A DNA stretch of 64,000 nt from Octopus sinensis (Eukaryota). Positions 12,721 to 26,620 of this stretch are shown here, piece after piece. The stretch spans positions 40,796,001 through 40,860,000 of the forward strand of contig NC_043004.1 of assembly GCF_006345805.1 (NCBI RefSeq), given 5' to 3'. How positions within the stretch are numbered: position 1 is the stretch's first letter; the number at the start of each line of letters is the position of its first letter. The translations under genes were made by a program, and so were the position numbers. The notes beneath the pieces were generated by a model. That model saw only the letters and a list, made by a program, of their open reading frames with translations, did no database searches and was not told the origin of the DNA.

Positions 12721-13166
12721 CTTGAGACTAATTTGAACATAAAAACGGGTAGGATATTGGGCTCTGATATGGTCAGTTTAAATGCTAAAGGTTAAATTAT
12801 AACTACTACTAATAATAATAAATTACTACTACTAATAACAATGATGATGATGATTTCATTTATTTGCCACAAGGGCAAAGGTTGAAGGGGACAATACAAA
12901 GACAGACATAAAGTATGGGTGTTTATATTTAATGAAATGAATAAAACATAAAATAAAATGAAGAAAGTAAGGAAGTATATACGGTATACACTAAAAAAGA
13001 AGAGACACATGCATAGCATTACCACCACCATGAAGCTGATTCATTCACTTGTCTCAAAACTGTGCTAATTTGATCTGAAATTGCCAAGTGCCAAACAACA
13101 GTGATAATATTTCTTGGCAGTTATTTGCCGTGTCTTGTATTTTGTGAATAATGTAAATAGTTACAG

Positions 13167-13267
13167 GTCCCAATGGGATCGATCAATCACTGGTTGACTG
13201 CATTTCTGATGTTGAGTGTTACAAGGGATTACTATCTGGACAGCTCCGGCACAATAAATACCACAAG
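13167..13267 (+). other. Candidate isolated coding exon (phase 1 to 0), unidentified
   Basis: ttacAG|GTCCC...CACAAG|GTattt; open frame (G)PNGIDQSLVDCISDVECYKGLLSGQLRHNKYHK in non-repetitive sequence. Confidence 0.25.
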
Positions 13268-14479
13268 GTATTTATGTTCAAATATATAAGTTTATTTTAG
13301 TCTTTTCACTGATAGGCACCAGCAAAACACATACACACATACACACAAAGAAAAGAAATTACTAGTACAGGCTTATAATATTTGTTCTGACACACATTTC
13401 ACTATTGTATTTGTTTGGAACACTGCCCTGGATGTTTCCGAGTGTAATTGGAAGTTTTATCAGCTGCAGATCATCAAGGGAACATTTTATTCAATTATGT
13501 TACTGAAAACTTAGTGTTCTTTGATGATCCGTTGTTGTTGTTAAGCATCAAACAGCACTTGGCACATCCAATTGTTGTTTGTTCCTTCTCGAGCCATTCC
13601 CGGCTCATAAGGGCCGGTTTCTCGGTTTCTTGGCGTATAGGTTTCCCCACCCGGACAGGACGCTGGTCCGTCGCAGGTGAGCTGCAAGATGCAGGAGGAA
13701 AGAGTGAAAGAAAGTTGTAGCGAAAGAATCAGCAGAAGTTTCGCATTACCTTCTGCCGGGTGTGCATGGAGCTTAGGTGTTTCGCTCATAAACACGCACA
13801 TTGCCTGGTCTGAGATTCGAACCCGCGATCCCTCGACCGTGAGTCTGCTGCTCTAACCACTAGGCCATGTGCCTCCACAAATCCAATGCAGAGTTCCAAA
13901 CAACCAAAATTATTAAACACATGTAGGGAACAATTAATATAAACTTGTGTTTATCATAATTTCTCATATGATTGTTCTGTATACTATTACAAGTAATACA
14001 ACTAAGTACAGCAGTTGCTTAACCACTATACTGGAAGCAGACTGGACTATGACACTCTACATGGAGTGCTAAACTTGACCATTGCAGTTGTACATCTATT
14101 TGTACACACATTTTTTATACACACACATACATATATACACACAGACATATATATACACACACAAGGTCTTATTTCTTTATTGCTCACAAGGGGCTAAACA
14201 TAGAGGGGACAAACAAGGACAGACAAAGGGATTAAATCGATTACATCAACCCCAGTGCATAACTGGTACTTAATTTATCGACCCCGAAAGGATGAAAGGC
14301 AAAGTCGACCGCGGCGGAATTTGAACTCAGAACATAACAGCAGACGAATACTGCTAAGCATTTCGCCCTGTGTGCTAACGTTTCTGCCAGCTTGCTGCTT
14401 TATACACACACAAGGTCTGATGACTGTTGCCATAGTAACGAAGCTAATGCATGCAGAATGAAGCCACTTGACACAGATT

Positions 14480-14990
14480 GACTTTGAACTCTGCTGTGAA
14501 TGCACACTACGTTTTAACGTTCTAGCTCACTTCTGCTGTTTACAGCAGTGCTTGGAAGGAAGGTGTGTAGCGCGTTATCATCGCATTGACCATGACAGAG
14601 AAAGTTGTCATGACGATACCTGCTGAGAGGCCTATGCAAAGTTGCTGAAAGTATATGGAGAGGAGCGTATGAGTCACACACAAGTGTACAAATGTTTCAT
14701 GATGGCCAAAAAAATGTCGATATTGACGAATGTTCTGGGAGAACCCATAACTAGCAGAACTGAGAAAATATTGCAGATGTGTGTGGAAATCTTGGGATAC
14801 ATATGACCGTCTGCATTGTCTACACATTGCTTCTGCTCAAACTGGAAAAAGCAGTAAGTTGTATTAAATGGATGAACCCATGTAGACTTCAAATTGTGTT
14901 GTCGAAGTAGTAGCAATAATGGCCTGTTCCTGTAGTGACATAGGTAGCAATTTGTTGGAATAAACCGTTTGGAATGCATTAAGTTTATTA
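14480..14990 (+). mobile_element. Mariner-like deleted element (N-terminal HTH remnant)
   Basis: EAYAKLLKVYGEERMSHTQVYK...SGRP translation. Confidence 0.55.
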
Positions 14991-15147
14991 TGAAATATAT
15001 GCTAAAATATGTTAAATCCTGAGGAACTATTCAATTGTTTTCTTGTAGCGTCGGTATGAAAGACTTCCTTCTAAGCATAGACAAAGCCTGTACATATATT
15101 CTTCAGCTATTGATTACAAACCGAAATATCACATGTATATTAACCTA

Positions 15148-15369
15148 TTAACCCTTTAGCATTTAAACCGGCCATATCCGGCCAAAAGTATTCTGCCTGT
15201 TTTATGTTCAAACTGGCCAGATCTGGTCTCTCACACCAGCCCTACAATATCGTTTTAAAAATTAACAGCTACCTTATCAACATCTCATAGCTACAAGATA
15301 ATGCTTGATTAGTTCAAAGCAATGTGGATTAAAAAAATTTCATTTTGGCAGAATAATGCGAAGGGTTAA
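15148..15369. mobile_element. piggyBac-type MITE
   Basis: TTAA-CCCTTT ... AAGGG-TTAA. Confidence 0.75.
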
Positions 15370-15399
15370 TTTATGGTGTCTAAAGGGTTAATTTATGGT

Positions 15400-15950
15400 G
15401 TCTAAGACCCAACCATGTTAGTTAGAGACTATGTCCTTACTGTGACCTTGCGTGCCTGGACACTGCATGCAAAATTATTTTTGGTCGAGCTGAGTTGTCC
15501 TTGCAATGGTCACACACAGTTTACGTGAAGGAGTGCATGGTTGAGCCACGAGTATTGATTTGAAACTAAAATATCGCATGATAGTGTTGTTTACATGCAC
15601 TTCCTTGCCAACTGCCCCACTTATCACATCATCTCTTTCATATAGATTTCTCTTACGTGGTGCTGTTGAGCATGCCCACAGGCTTAATTTATCACACAGA
15701 TGTAGTTCCTATGTCTGCTGATTGTTCAGTATGGTAGTGGCAGCGCCAACATCCACAAAGGAGAGCATATCCATTGAGAGCATTTTTGGTGCATTCAAAA
15801 ATCACATACTCCCACCCACTTTTCCAGGACAAGGTTAGGGCCTGTAATCTTTCAAACAGAACCATGACGTGTCACTTTGCTGAATTAGCCCTTCATTTAC
15901 TCAACAAATGTTTTGTTGTCAATGCTACACTTCCGTGTGTCATGTTTCAA
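15400..15950 (-). mobile_element. Possible piggyBac transposase C-terminal remnant
   Basis: Weak evidence: FVDVGA and C..CKQH-like pieces in broken frames. Confidence 0.3.
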
Positions 15951-16042
15951 CTTAACTGTACCAGATATACAAACTATGCCATTTAAATCCTGAGCAATGC
16001 TGGGTATCTCTGTTAGTTATAAATAAATATTTACATACGTGC

Positions 16043-16199
16043 AGGAGTGGTTGTGTGGTAAGTAACTTGCTTACCAACCACATGGTTCTAGGTTCAGTCC
16101 CACTGTGTGGCACCTTGGGCAAGTGTCTTCTACTATAGCCTCGGGCCAACCAAAGCCTTGTGAGTGGATTTGGTAGACGGAAACTGAAAGAATCCTGTC

Positions 16200-16235
<36 letters not shown>

Positions 16236-16443
16236 ATATGTTTGTGTGTCTGTGTTTGTCCCCCCAACATCGCTTAACAACCGATGCTGGTGTGTTTACG
16301 TTCCTGTAACTTAGTGGTTCGGCAAAATACACCGATAGAATAAGTACTAGGCTTCCAAAGAATAAGTCCTGGGGTCAAATTGCTCGACTGAAGGCGGTGC
16401 TCCAGCATGGCCGCAGTCAGATGACTGAAACAAGTAAAAGAAT
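16043..16443 (+). mobile_element. SINE family A
   Basis: Same consensus; a further partial copy lies at 16937-17232. Confidence 0.9.
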
Positions 16444-16755
16444 GAAGTTGACAGTCTTTGTGTGTTTCTGAATGATTAATTTATGTCATCTATGCTGGAA
16501 TGGCTTCGGTTTCAACAAAAGATCTCAGATCAAAACACTTGCTATGCAAATACATCTCCGTTTTATATACATGTATGTATAAAAGGAAAGTGGAAATTTT
16601 GTGGCATTATTTATTCTCCATTACTCATGTTTCGTTTGCTAATCGGAATTACAAAGATTTACATGTTAGACAGTTAGATAGACATACAAGGAATCTCCTA
16701 TGAGAAATTCATCAGACAGAGAAAATTTATTATGCAAAAATCACATTTGGATTAA

Positions 16756-16792
<37 letters not shown>

Positions 16793-17538
16793 ATATATAT
16801 ATAATATATATATATATATGTATAAATGTATGTATGTATATAGATATAGATATGTGGTGCAACAGTGACGCATCTAACCATGGATGAGAAGGATGCGTGT
16901 TTGAATTACGTTGGGGTCATAATAAATTTTAGACATAGGAGTGGCTGTGTGGTAAGTAGTTTGCTTATCAACCACATGTTTCTGGGTTCAGGCCCACTGC
17001 ATGCTACCTTGGGCAAGTGTCTACTACTACTATAGCCTTGGGCCGACCAAAGCCTTGTGAGTGGATTTGATAGACGGAAACTGAAAGAAGCCTGTCGTGT
17101 ATGTATGTATGTATATATATATATATATATATATGCAATATGTTTGTGTGTCTGTGTTTGAACCCCCCACTATTGCTTGACAACAGATGCTGGTCTATTT
17201 ATGTCCCCATAACTTAGCAGTTCGGCAAAAGACCAGACTATTGTACGTTACATATCACTGTTCACAATGTACTTTGCATTGTTTTAGCTTTCGAATGGTG
17301 CTACCCCACTGGCTAGGCAAGCAAACCAGGTTGGAAAACCTGGTCGGTTGGAAAACTAGTCGGTCACAGGGTGGCATATTTACAGCTGAGGGAACTTGCT
17401 ATAGTGATTAGTTTTGTGGTGGTGAGGTGGTGATTATAATTAAACAATGGTGGTGGTAGCTGTAATGATGCAGTACTAATTGTATATATAAAACACCAGC
17501 ATATACAAACTCACAATACATATGTACACATATATACT

Positions 17539-17592
<54 letters not shown>

Positions 17593-17607
17593 CTTTTATA
17601 TATATAT

Positions 17608-19605
17608 GTTAGTTAGTTAGTTAGTTAATTTGGCTCAAAAGCAAATAGCAAGGCCATGTAGGGGGACATGGAGTTAGGTACAGGGTGGTGTTCATGTAAA
17701 GAGTTCAGGCCACTTGAGGTCCAGGGAGGCTTTGAACAAAGCGGTCGTCGGCATCTTCACCATCTCGTCTGGCAGCTTGTTCCACGGATCCGCAACCCGG
17801 ACGGAGAAAGCTCCTCTCCTTCGATTGAGATGAAATCGTCGCAGGTAGAGCTTTTCGGAATGACCCCGCAGCCGACGCTCTGGAGCAAGAGTGAAGAACA
17901 GCTCTTTCGAGAGGTTACACTTTCCGCTTATGATGTTGTGGGCGAGAATGAGATCACTACGGCGGCGGCGTTTTTCAAGAGAGTAAAGGTCGAGCGTCCT
18001 CAGCCTTTCTTCGTAGGACAAATTTTTGAGACCATGAACCATGCGGGTAGCCAGCTTCTGGACTCTTTCGAGATGCTGTATGTCTTTGAGGAGATAAGGA
18101 GAAGAGGCTTGAATCCCATACTCCAATATGGGTCTCACCAGCGTGACATAGAGTGGTAGGAATATGGCTGCTGTGAGCATTCTGAATATCCGTCGAATAA
18201 AGAACAGAATTCCGCGTGCTTTGTTGGCAGCATGGACGCACTGGGCCGAAGGCGAAAAGGAGGAATCCACCAAGATACCTAGGTCCTTTACCTGATCGGT
18301 CCTCTCCAGCAGCAGACGACCCGGCTCGAAATCAAGTTGAGTTGCAGGAGTAGAGCTGACAGGCAGATGACAGCACTTTGACACGTTCAGACACAGGTCC
18401 CAATCGTTAGACCACTTCCAAATTTGGTGGAGGCATCGACGAAGATCCTCTATATTACCGCGAGGAGCGACCAGTTTGATATCGTCGGCAAATAGAAGGG
18501 TGTGTTGCGTGAGGTCGTCGGGCAAGTCATTTATGAAGACTAAGCACAACAAGGGCCCAAGCACTGAACCTTGAGGCACGCCACTGCTCGCACTGGAGAC
18601 GTCGGACCGCGAACCATTAACTTGGACTTGGAAGGAGTGATCTGAGAGGAAGGCACCAACTCATCGTACAATATCCGGATGGAAACTATATGCTTGAAGC
18701 TTGACAAGTAATAGGCGGTGGTTTACCGAGTCAAAAGCTTTGGCAAAGTCCAGTAAAACGATGTCAACAGCATCACTATCATCGAGGATGCGCGTCACCA
18801 ATTCTTCCATTACTAGTAAGTTGGTCAAGCATGATCTCTTCGGCACGAAGCCGTGTTGGGAATCAGAGATAGAGGCTGTGTTTAGGAGGTGGAGCATCAT
18901 ACTTTTCTTAAGGATGGTTTCGAACATCTTGCTGATTATTGATGTAAGGGAAACCGGTCGGTAGTTAAGCGGGTCTTCGCGGCTCCCTTTCTTGAAAATT
19001 GGGCAGATTATCGCTGTTCTCCAGTCTGCAGGTATAACACCCGTCGCCAAGGACATATTGAATAGTCGCGTTAAGGGCTCGCAGATGACCAGAGCCAACG
19101 CTTTGATAACCCGTGGGTGTATGCCGTCAGGACCGTGACCCTTGTTGACATCGAGGCCTTGAATAACACGTTTGACTTCGTCCCGCGTGATGACCAATCG
19201 AAGCATTGGAGGTACCGATCTATCAAATGGAGGGGGTTGAAAATAGTTGAAAAAGCCTCGGCAAATAATTGACTCTGTTGATAAGGGTCCTCAATCGATA
19301 TGCCTGTTGAGTCTACCAACGTTGCAATCTGGTTGTTCAAGCGGGAATTCTGCTGGACATGGGCAAAGGTTTTTGGATTGCTACTGGCATTTGAATTCAG
19401 CCCAAGCAATATCTCTGAGTCGACATTCTCGTTTAACCCTCTTCGTCACCCAGGGCTTGTGTTTCTTCCTCTTGGGAAGCCCAACGGGAACTGCCTGGTC
19501 AGTCAAACAGATTACATATGCTTTGAGGGATGACCATAGTTCGTCAACTGAGGACAACGTCATCAGGGATCGCCAGTCCAGAAGCGCGGAAGCCTCGGTT
19601 AGAAT
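17608..19605 (-). mobile_element. 5'-truncated CR1-clade LINE, RT region disabled
   Basis: RT motifs QHGF, LDFAKAFDSV, GVPQGSVLGP and FADD. It has an in-frame TGA at 18663-18661, frameshifts near 19240 and 19410, and a (TAAC)n tail at 17608-17627. Confidence 0.93.
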
Positions 19606-19791
19606 TTATATATATATAAATATACACACATACATATGTACACATATATATATACTGACGTATATATGTATGTGTATATATATATATACACACACACATA
19701 TGTACACATATATATACTCGTGTATAATATATATATATACATTCACATACATATGTACATATATATATACTCACGTGTGTGTGTGTGTGTG

Positions 19792-19831
<40 letters not shown>

Positions 19832-20489
19832 CACACGCATTCAAACGTATATACAATTTAATGTGTAAGTACATATCTACACTTACAGTACTACATAAAA
19901 AGTACCCAGTACACTCTTTAAAGTGGTTGATGTTAGGAAGGGCATCCAGCTATAGAAACATTGCCAAAAGCAGGCAGACAAGTTCAACACAGTCCTCTGG
20001 CTTACCAGCTCCTGTTCAACCATCCAACTCATGCCAGCATGAAACACAAATATTAAATGATGATGATGATGATGATGATATAAAACGGTCTTCGGCCTGG
20101 TTTCAATCAATCAAATTTCCCTTACAAAACATCAGTCAATCCAAAGTTACCGTAGAAGATATTTGCCAAAAATGCTTCAAAAGCAGACCAGACATGGAAT
20201 TACAGAGTTGTGATGCAAAATTCTTCATCCTACACTCAACACTGGTTCTATGTGGCCATTACTTCTTTAATCATCCTTGCTTAGAAAGTCTTCATTTCAG
20301 ATTCTTGTACTTAACAGTATGATGCATTGTTGTATCACACACACACACACACATTACTTACCTGCTCTGTTGCTAGATTACAACGGTGTTATTTAGAGTC
20401 CTTGCCCCAGGGAACATGTAACACCTGTTGTTCCTTAACGTTACAGCCACTACTATAGCACATTTCATTAGTCACCCATACATACATAC

Positions 20490-20522
<33 letters not shown>

Positions 20523-20661
20523 CATACATACATATATATACATACATACATATATATATACATACATATATATATATACATACATATATATATATACATA
20601 CATACATATACATACATATATATATATACATACATATATATATACATACATACATATATAT

Positions 20662-20708
<47 letters not shown>

Positions 20709-20724
20709 CACACACATACATACA

Positions 20725-20760
<36 letters not shown>

Positions 20761-21214
20761 TATACACACATACATACATACATGCATATTGCCATAGATA
20801 GCCAAGCTGTGTCTCCTGGTAATATACATAAAAATACTACAGTATCATCAAATATCACAAAACTAATTGAATACTGAAGGTGAGTTTCATTGATATGGAA
20901 ACAGGTATATATCTATCCCAACCACTTATGATATAGAATTGTGTTTTCTGTAATGCAGAATTCCTTTCTTTTCAATAGTGACCAACCCCACAGGTAAATA
21001 CTACAGTGGACTATTGGTTTACATATATACATACATACATACATACATATACACACACACCTGTACATACATACACAAGCACATATACAAACTCACAATA
21101 CATATGTACACATATATACTCATATATATATATACATACATACATACACACATATGTATATATATATACATACATACATACATGTACACATATATATATA
21201 CTCACGTATATATG

Positions 21215-21254
<40 letters not shown>

Positions 21255-21969
21255 CACACACATACATATGTACACATATATATGCATGTATATATATATA
21301 TATATACATACACACACATTGACGTATATACAATTTAACGTGTAAGTACATACCTACACTTACACATATATATGTACACACATGTACATGTGCACACATG
21401 TACATACATGCACACATACAATTGTACCTACTTCCACATATGTGTATATGTAGGTAGGTATATATATATATATATATACATACATATGCACGTTCACATA
21501 CATACACACACACACCTGTACAGCCCAAACACTACAATTCACGCATACATACACACCCATGCATAGGCACATATACACACACAACACCCACTACCAAAAC
21601 ACTACAATTACCATCACATTGTTACAGCTACTACCACCACTGCAAGACTACATTCACTACACTCACCATCGCAAAACTAATCCTATACCTTACTACCACA
21701 TCACCACTACTAACAACTACCACAATCACAATTATGCCTACAATCCAGGCACAATAGTCGTTGCTCTCTCTTTTACTTGTTTCAGTCATTTGACTGCGGC
21801 CATGCTGGAGCACCGCCTTTAGTCGAGCAGATAGATCCCGGGACTTATTCTTTGTAAGCCCAGTACTTATTCTATCAGTCTCTTTTTGCCGAACCGCTAA
21901 GTGACGGGGACGTAAACACACCAGCATCGGTTGTCAAGCAATGCTAGGGGGACAAACACAGACACACAT

Positions 21970-22015
<46 letters not shown>

Positions 22016-22920
22016 GACGGGCTTCTTTGAGTTTTTGTCTACCAAATCCACTCACAAGGCATTGGTTGGCCCAGGGCTATAGCAGAAGACACTTGCCCAA
22101 AATGCCACACAATGGGACTGAACCCGGAACCATGTGGTTGGTTAGCAAGCTACTTACCTCACAGGCACTCCTGCACCTATGTTGCTGTTCTTATTCCTTC
22201 AAAATTATAATAACTACAATATTCTTTTCTACTCTAGGCACAAGGCCTGAAATTTTTTGTGAGGGGGCAAGTCGATTAGATCGAACCTAATATGCAACTG
22301 GTATTTAATTTATCGACCCCAAAAGGATGAAAGGCAAAGTTGACCTCGGCGGAATTTGAACTCAGAACACAAAGACAGATGAAATACCGCTAAGCATTTC
22401 ACCCAGCGTGCTAACGTTCTGCCAGTTTGCTCCCTTTTAGTAACTAAAATATTACTACTACCACCACCACAACCACTATTACCACCATGTCTACTAATAC
22501 TACTACTTCTACTACTACCACCACCACTACCACAAGTGAATACCGCTGCCCCTACACCCACATCGCTGCAACCATTGGCATGTCAACACAGCCATTATTT
22601 ACCGTTTCTGCTGCCAGAGAAATGCAACAAGAGATCTTGCCAAGGACATAGCACACACGTACACACATACACATTGTCGTGCATGCACACACACATACAC
22701 ACACAAACACAGTGCCACACACAGGGCAAAGTACACACACACACACACACACAGATACCATACACACACACATACACTCACAACTACACATACTTATTTA
22801 CTCCCACACACATATATACATGCATATACATTGCCACACACTCATTATCACACATGCATACTCACATATAACCACATACACACACACTATCACGCACATA
22901 AGTACCATTGATGACACACA
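19606..22920. repeat. Compound TA/CA/TACA microsatellite-rich block with embedded SINEs
   Basis: Source of the many Y/I/H/T and V/C/M ORFs in the track. Confidence 0.9.
21768..22170 (-). mobile_element. SINE family A
   Basis: Same consensus. Confidence 0.9.
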
Positions 22921-23377
22921 ATCTCAGAATATTTTGATAATTTGATCAAATTAATTTTCATCAAATTTTATCATTAAAACTCATTAATGGAAGTTAGAAA
23001 TGTCGTTTTAGCAGTGACAACAGTAACAGCATCTGCCTTAATAATAATCGATGCAAATATCCAATTTGCATAATATTTATATGCAAATATCTCCTATTAA
23101 GATTATCTAAATCATGCTAACACGGAAAAAAAAAAAAACGTACCAAAAATATATAAAAACAAATATATTAAAATATGGTTGGATGTATCTTGTCATATTT
23201 ATTTTGGACTGGGAAGGGGAGATAACTGAGGGTCAGAGTTCTGATCTTTTCGGTTTGAACGGCAGTTTTTTAACATAATTTCTAGGTAACTAAAAAATTT
23301 AAACTTTGTATACTGGAGAGTGACAGAAGGCTGGGGGTGGGGATAACAATAAATATAGTGAATGATGAACAGAGGTG

Positions 23378-23748
23378 CTGGAGTGGCTGCATGGTAAGTA
23401 GCTTGCTTATGAACCACATGGTTCAGGGTTCAGTCCCACTGCGTGGCACCTTGGGCAAGTGTCTTCTACTATAGCCTCAAAGCCTTGTGAGTGGATTTGG
23501 TAAACGGTAACTGAAAGAAGCCTGTCGTATATATGTATATATCTATATATGTGTGTGTTTGTCCTTCCAAATTCGCTTGACAACCGATGTTGGTGTTTAC
23601 ATCTCCGTAACTTAGCAGTTTGGCAAAAGAGAAACCGATAGATTAAGTACTAGGCTTACAAAGAATAAGTCCTGGGGTCGATTTGTTTGACTAAAGGTGG
23701 TGCTCCAGCATGGCCGCAGCATGACTGAAACAAGTAAAAGAGTAAAGA
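23378..23748 (+). mobile_element. SINE family A
   Basis: Same consensus; an opposite-strand degenerate copy lies at 24025-24478. Confidence 0.88.
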
Positions 23749-23879
23749 GAGAGGTGGTGATTGTAAATATATTTGAAGTTAGTCTTCACATAGTTGATCC
23801 AGACAATTGTAAAAATCTAATTAGAACTAAAACAAATTAGTCACTGATTAATATTATTTTACACAAGTTTGGCAAATAC

Positions 23880-23935
23880 CAGAACTCCAGGCATGTTTCG
23901 GCCTTCTTATGATCTCATCAGCAAAGCATAGACTT
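23880..23935 (-). mobile_element. Penelope-like fragment with a degenerate minimal hammerhead core
   Basis: Minus strand reads CTGATGA-G...C-GAAACATGCC; the stems are decayed. Confidence 0.3.
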
Positions 23936-24203
23936 CATTGTATTAACAGGTATGATAGAATCACTAAGTAGATGTGCAAAAATGCATACAGGTTGACATA
24001 GAAAAATATAATTATCTTTCACCATTTACTTGTTTCAGACATGCTGGGCACCACCTTGAAGGGTTTTTTATCGAACAAATCAACCCCAACACATTTTTTG
24101 TTAAAGCCTGGTACTTATTATATTGGTCTCTTTTGCTGAACAACTAAGTTATGGGGGCTTACACGAATCACCACCAGCTGTCAAGCATTGGAGAACAAGA
24201 CAA

Positions 24204-24240
<37 letters not shown>

Positions 24241-24251
24241 ATATATATATA

Positions 24252-24284
<33 letters not shown>

Positions 24285-25074
24285 CAGATGCATGCATACA
24301 GACATACATACATACATACATGGCTTCTTTGCAGTTTCCATCAACCAAATCCACCAACAAGGCCGTGGTCGGTCCTGGGTTATAGTAGAAGACACTTACC
24401 TAAGGTGCTGCACAGTGGGACTGAACCCAAGACCACATGGTTAGGAAGCAAGCTTCTTAACTACACAGCCACATTGGCACCAATGTTTGTTTAGAAATTA
24501 AAATAATTCAGCTACCATCCACATGAACAATAGTTCAGTTAACATTACCATATTTAATGTAAGGAACAAATAAAAAAAGAAGCTAACTAGAAACAAATGT
24601 AGATTTGATCTATTCTTAACAAGAAAACTTCTGTTTCTACTTTATTCTACCTTTTATGCTATTTCCATATTTCTTTCCATATCTGGTGTATGTTATGTGT
24701 ATATGAGTGTGGGTAGGTGTATGAGTATGTGTGTGTGTGTGAATGACTGGGTGTATATGTTTTGACTACTCAAATATAGAGGAAGATTGATTTACAGTTT
24801 TAAAATCCTCAGCTTCAAGAACATTCTATTTCTCTGTTGTGACCTTAATTTAGTAGTAGTCACAAAGCCTATTTACATATTCATAGTGCTTTGAATACGT
24901 AAATGTAGTGGGATGGTGATTCTCGTACCCTTAAAGTGGTTGCCGTTTTAAACAGATTGGTATTTTATTTTTTTGTACTGTTGATTCTTCATGGTTGGTT
25001 ACACATATGATTCTCCTTAGCTGGCCTTTAAGATTCAACACTCGGGCACATACACGCATATATGCGTGCGCGGG

Positions 25075-25106
<32 letters not shown>

Positions 25107-25151
25107 CATTCACATACACATATATAAAATCTACACACGCTCACATATTGG

Positions 25152-25392
25152 GGGAAAATCTTTGCTGAAAATTTTTCAAAAATTTTTGAGGAAGATTTTC
25201 GAAAAAATTTTGGTGAAAATTTTCAAAAAATTTTTGAGGAAGATTTTCGAAAAAATTTTGGGGAAAATTTTTGAAAAATTTTTGGGGAAGATTTTCGGTG
25301 AAAATTTTCGGAAAATTTTTGGGTAAAATTTTCTGCAAAAATTTTCCAAAAATTTTTGGGTAAAATTTCCGGTGAAAATTTTCGAAAAATTT
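25152..25392. repeat. 12-bp quasi-palindromic A-tract/T-tract minisatellite, about 20 units, with 48-bp higher-order structure
   Basis: Units resemble GGTGAAAATTTT, CAAAAAATTTTT and GAGGAAGATTTT. Confidence 0.9.
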
Positions 25393-26300
25393 GTCATGAC
25401 TTGTCCTACAAAATTTTATTTCACAAAGATTGTTGTTTGAAATAACCATATCTAAACTATGCTTTTGAATAATTAAAATGCTAAGTAGTTATAGCAATCC
25501 TGACCTACAAGTCAACCCATATGGTTTATAGGTTGAAACTTACTTCTGTCATTGTATTGTGGAAAACAGAAGGTGGGGAGGAATAATTATCAGTAGGGGG
25601 GACTTGAAAAAAATTTCAACAGTTGCTACAACTAAATACCATTCTACACACAAACTACAAAAACACAATTGGCTGAGACAAGACAGCCTCCTATAAGGTT
25701 GTTTGACCTGCTAAAAATTATAGCTAAATCTCTTTCAAATTACACCCAACTGTGTAAAACAAAAATTAAAAAACACCATTCACAAGTGTGGCTGTGTGGT
25801 AAGAACTTTGCTTCCCAACCACATGGTTTCAGGTTCAGTTCCACTGCGTGGAATCAAGGGAAAATGTCTCCTACTATAGATTTGGGCAGAACAAAGCCTT
25901 GTGGCTGGATCGGTAGATGGAAATGGAAGGAGGCCTACAGAGGACCAAGATATGTGACACATTGCTGTACTTGAGAAGGTCTGCCAACCACAACAGAACT
26001 GAGATCCTAAAACAAAGGTTCCATTGGTGTGGATGCTGGTACCACATAAAAAGCACCCAGTACACTCTGTAAAATGGTTGGCATTGGGAATGGCATCCAG
26101 CCATAGAAACCAAGCCAAAACAGACTACGGATGGAACCCAGTGCAGCCCCTGGCTTTGCCAGTTCCTGTCAATCTGTCCAACCCATGAAGATATTAAATG
26201 TGGCTGTGTGGTATTCCATCCGGTCGTAAGTAGATGGGATTATATTAAGACCTTAAACGAAGTCCTTACCTTAACTTTCCTTACTATGTCAATCACATTA

Positions 26301-26620
26301 TCTCTATATATAAACGGCAAAATGTCTGTGTGTGTGTGTCCTTTATACAAATCCACAATTTTTCAGTTACAGGGCACACACTTTCTATGGTCATTCCAAA
26401 CCGTCCAAGGGTGGTCGTACACATCTTTACATTTCTCCAGTCACCCCGCAAAGCCATTAAAAAATCAATAGAAGTGGCTTTTTTGTGAGTTTTCTATTCA
26501 AAACCCAATCAAAATGCCCAAAACTTGATATAGCAATTGAATGCCAGCTAGCTGTATGTGATTGGTTGGAAATTTGGACAGTACCCGCGTGTATGTGCAC
26601 ACGCACACAGCTGTATATCA
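26301..26620 (+). mobile_element. Helitron-like 5' fragment
   Basis: A|TCTCTATATATAAA start followed by a (TG)n tract; no 3' end seen. Confidence 0.5.

Noticed and set aside
19544-22945. Numerous Y/I/H/T or V/C/M-rich ORFs
   Set aside because: Microsatellite translations.
25066-25449. KIF/KNF repeat proteins on both strands
   Set aside because: Translation artefact of a 12-bp quasi-palindromic DNA repeat.
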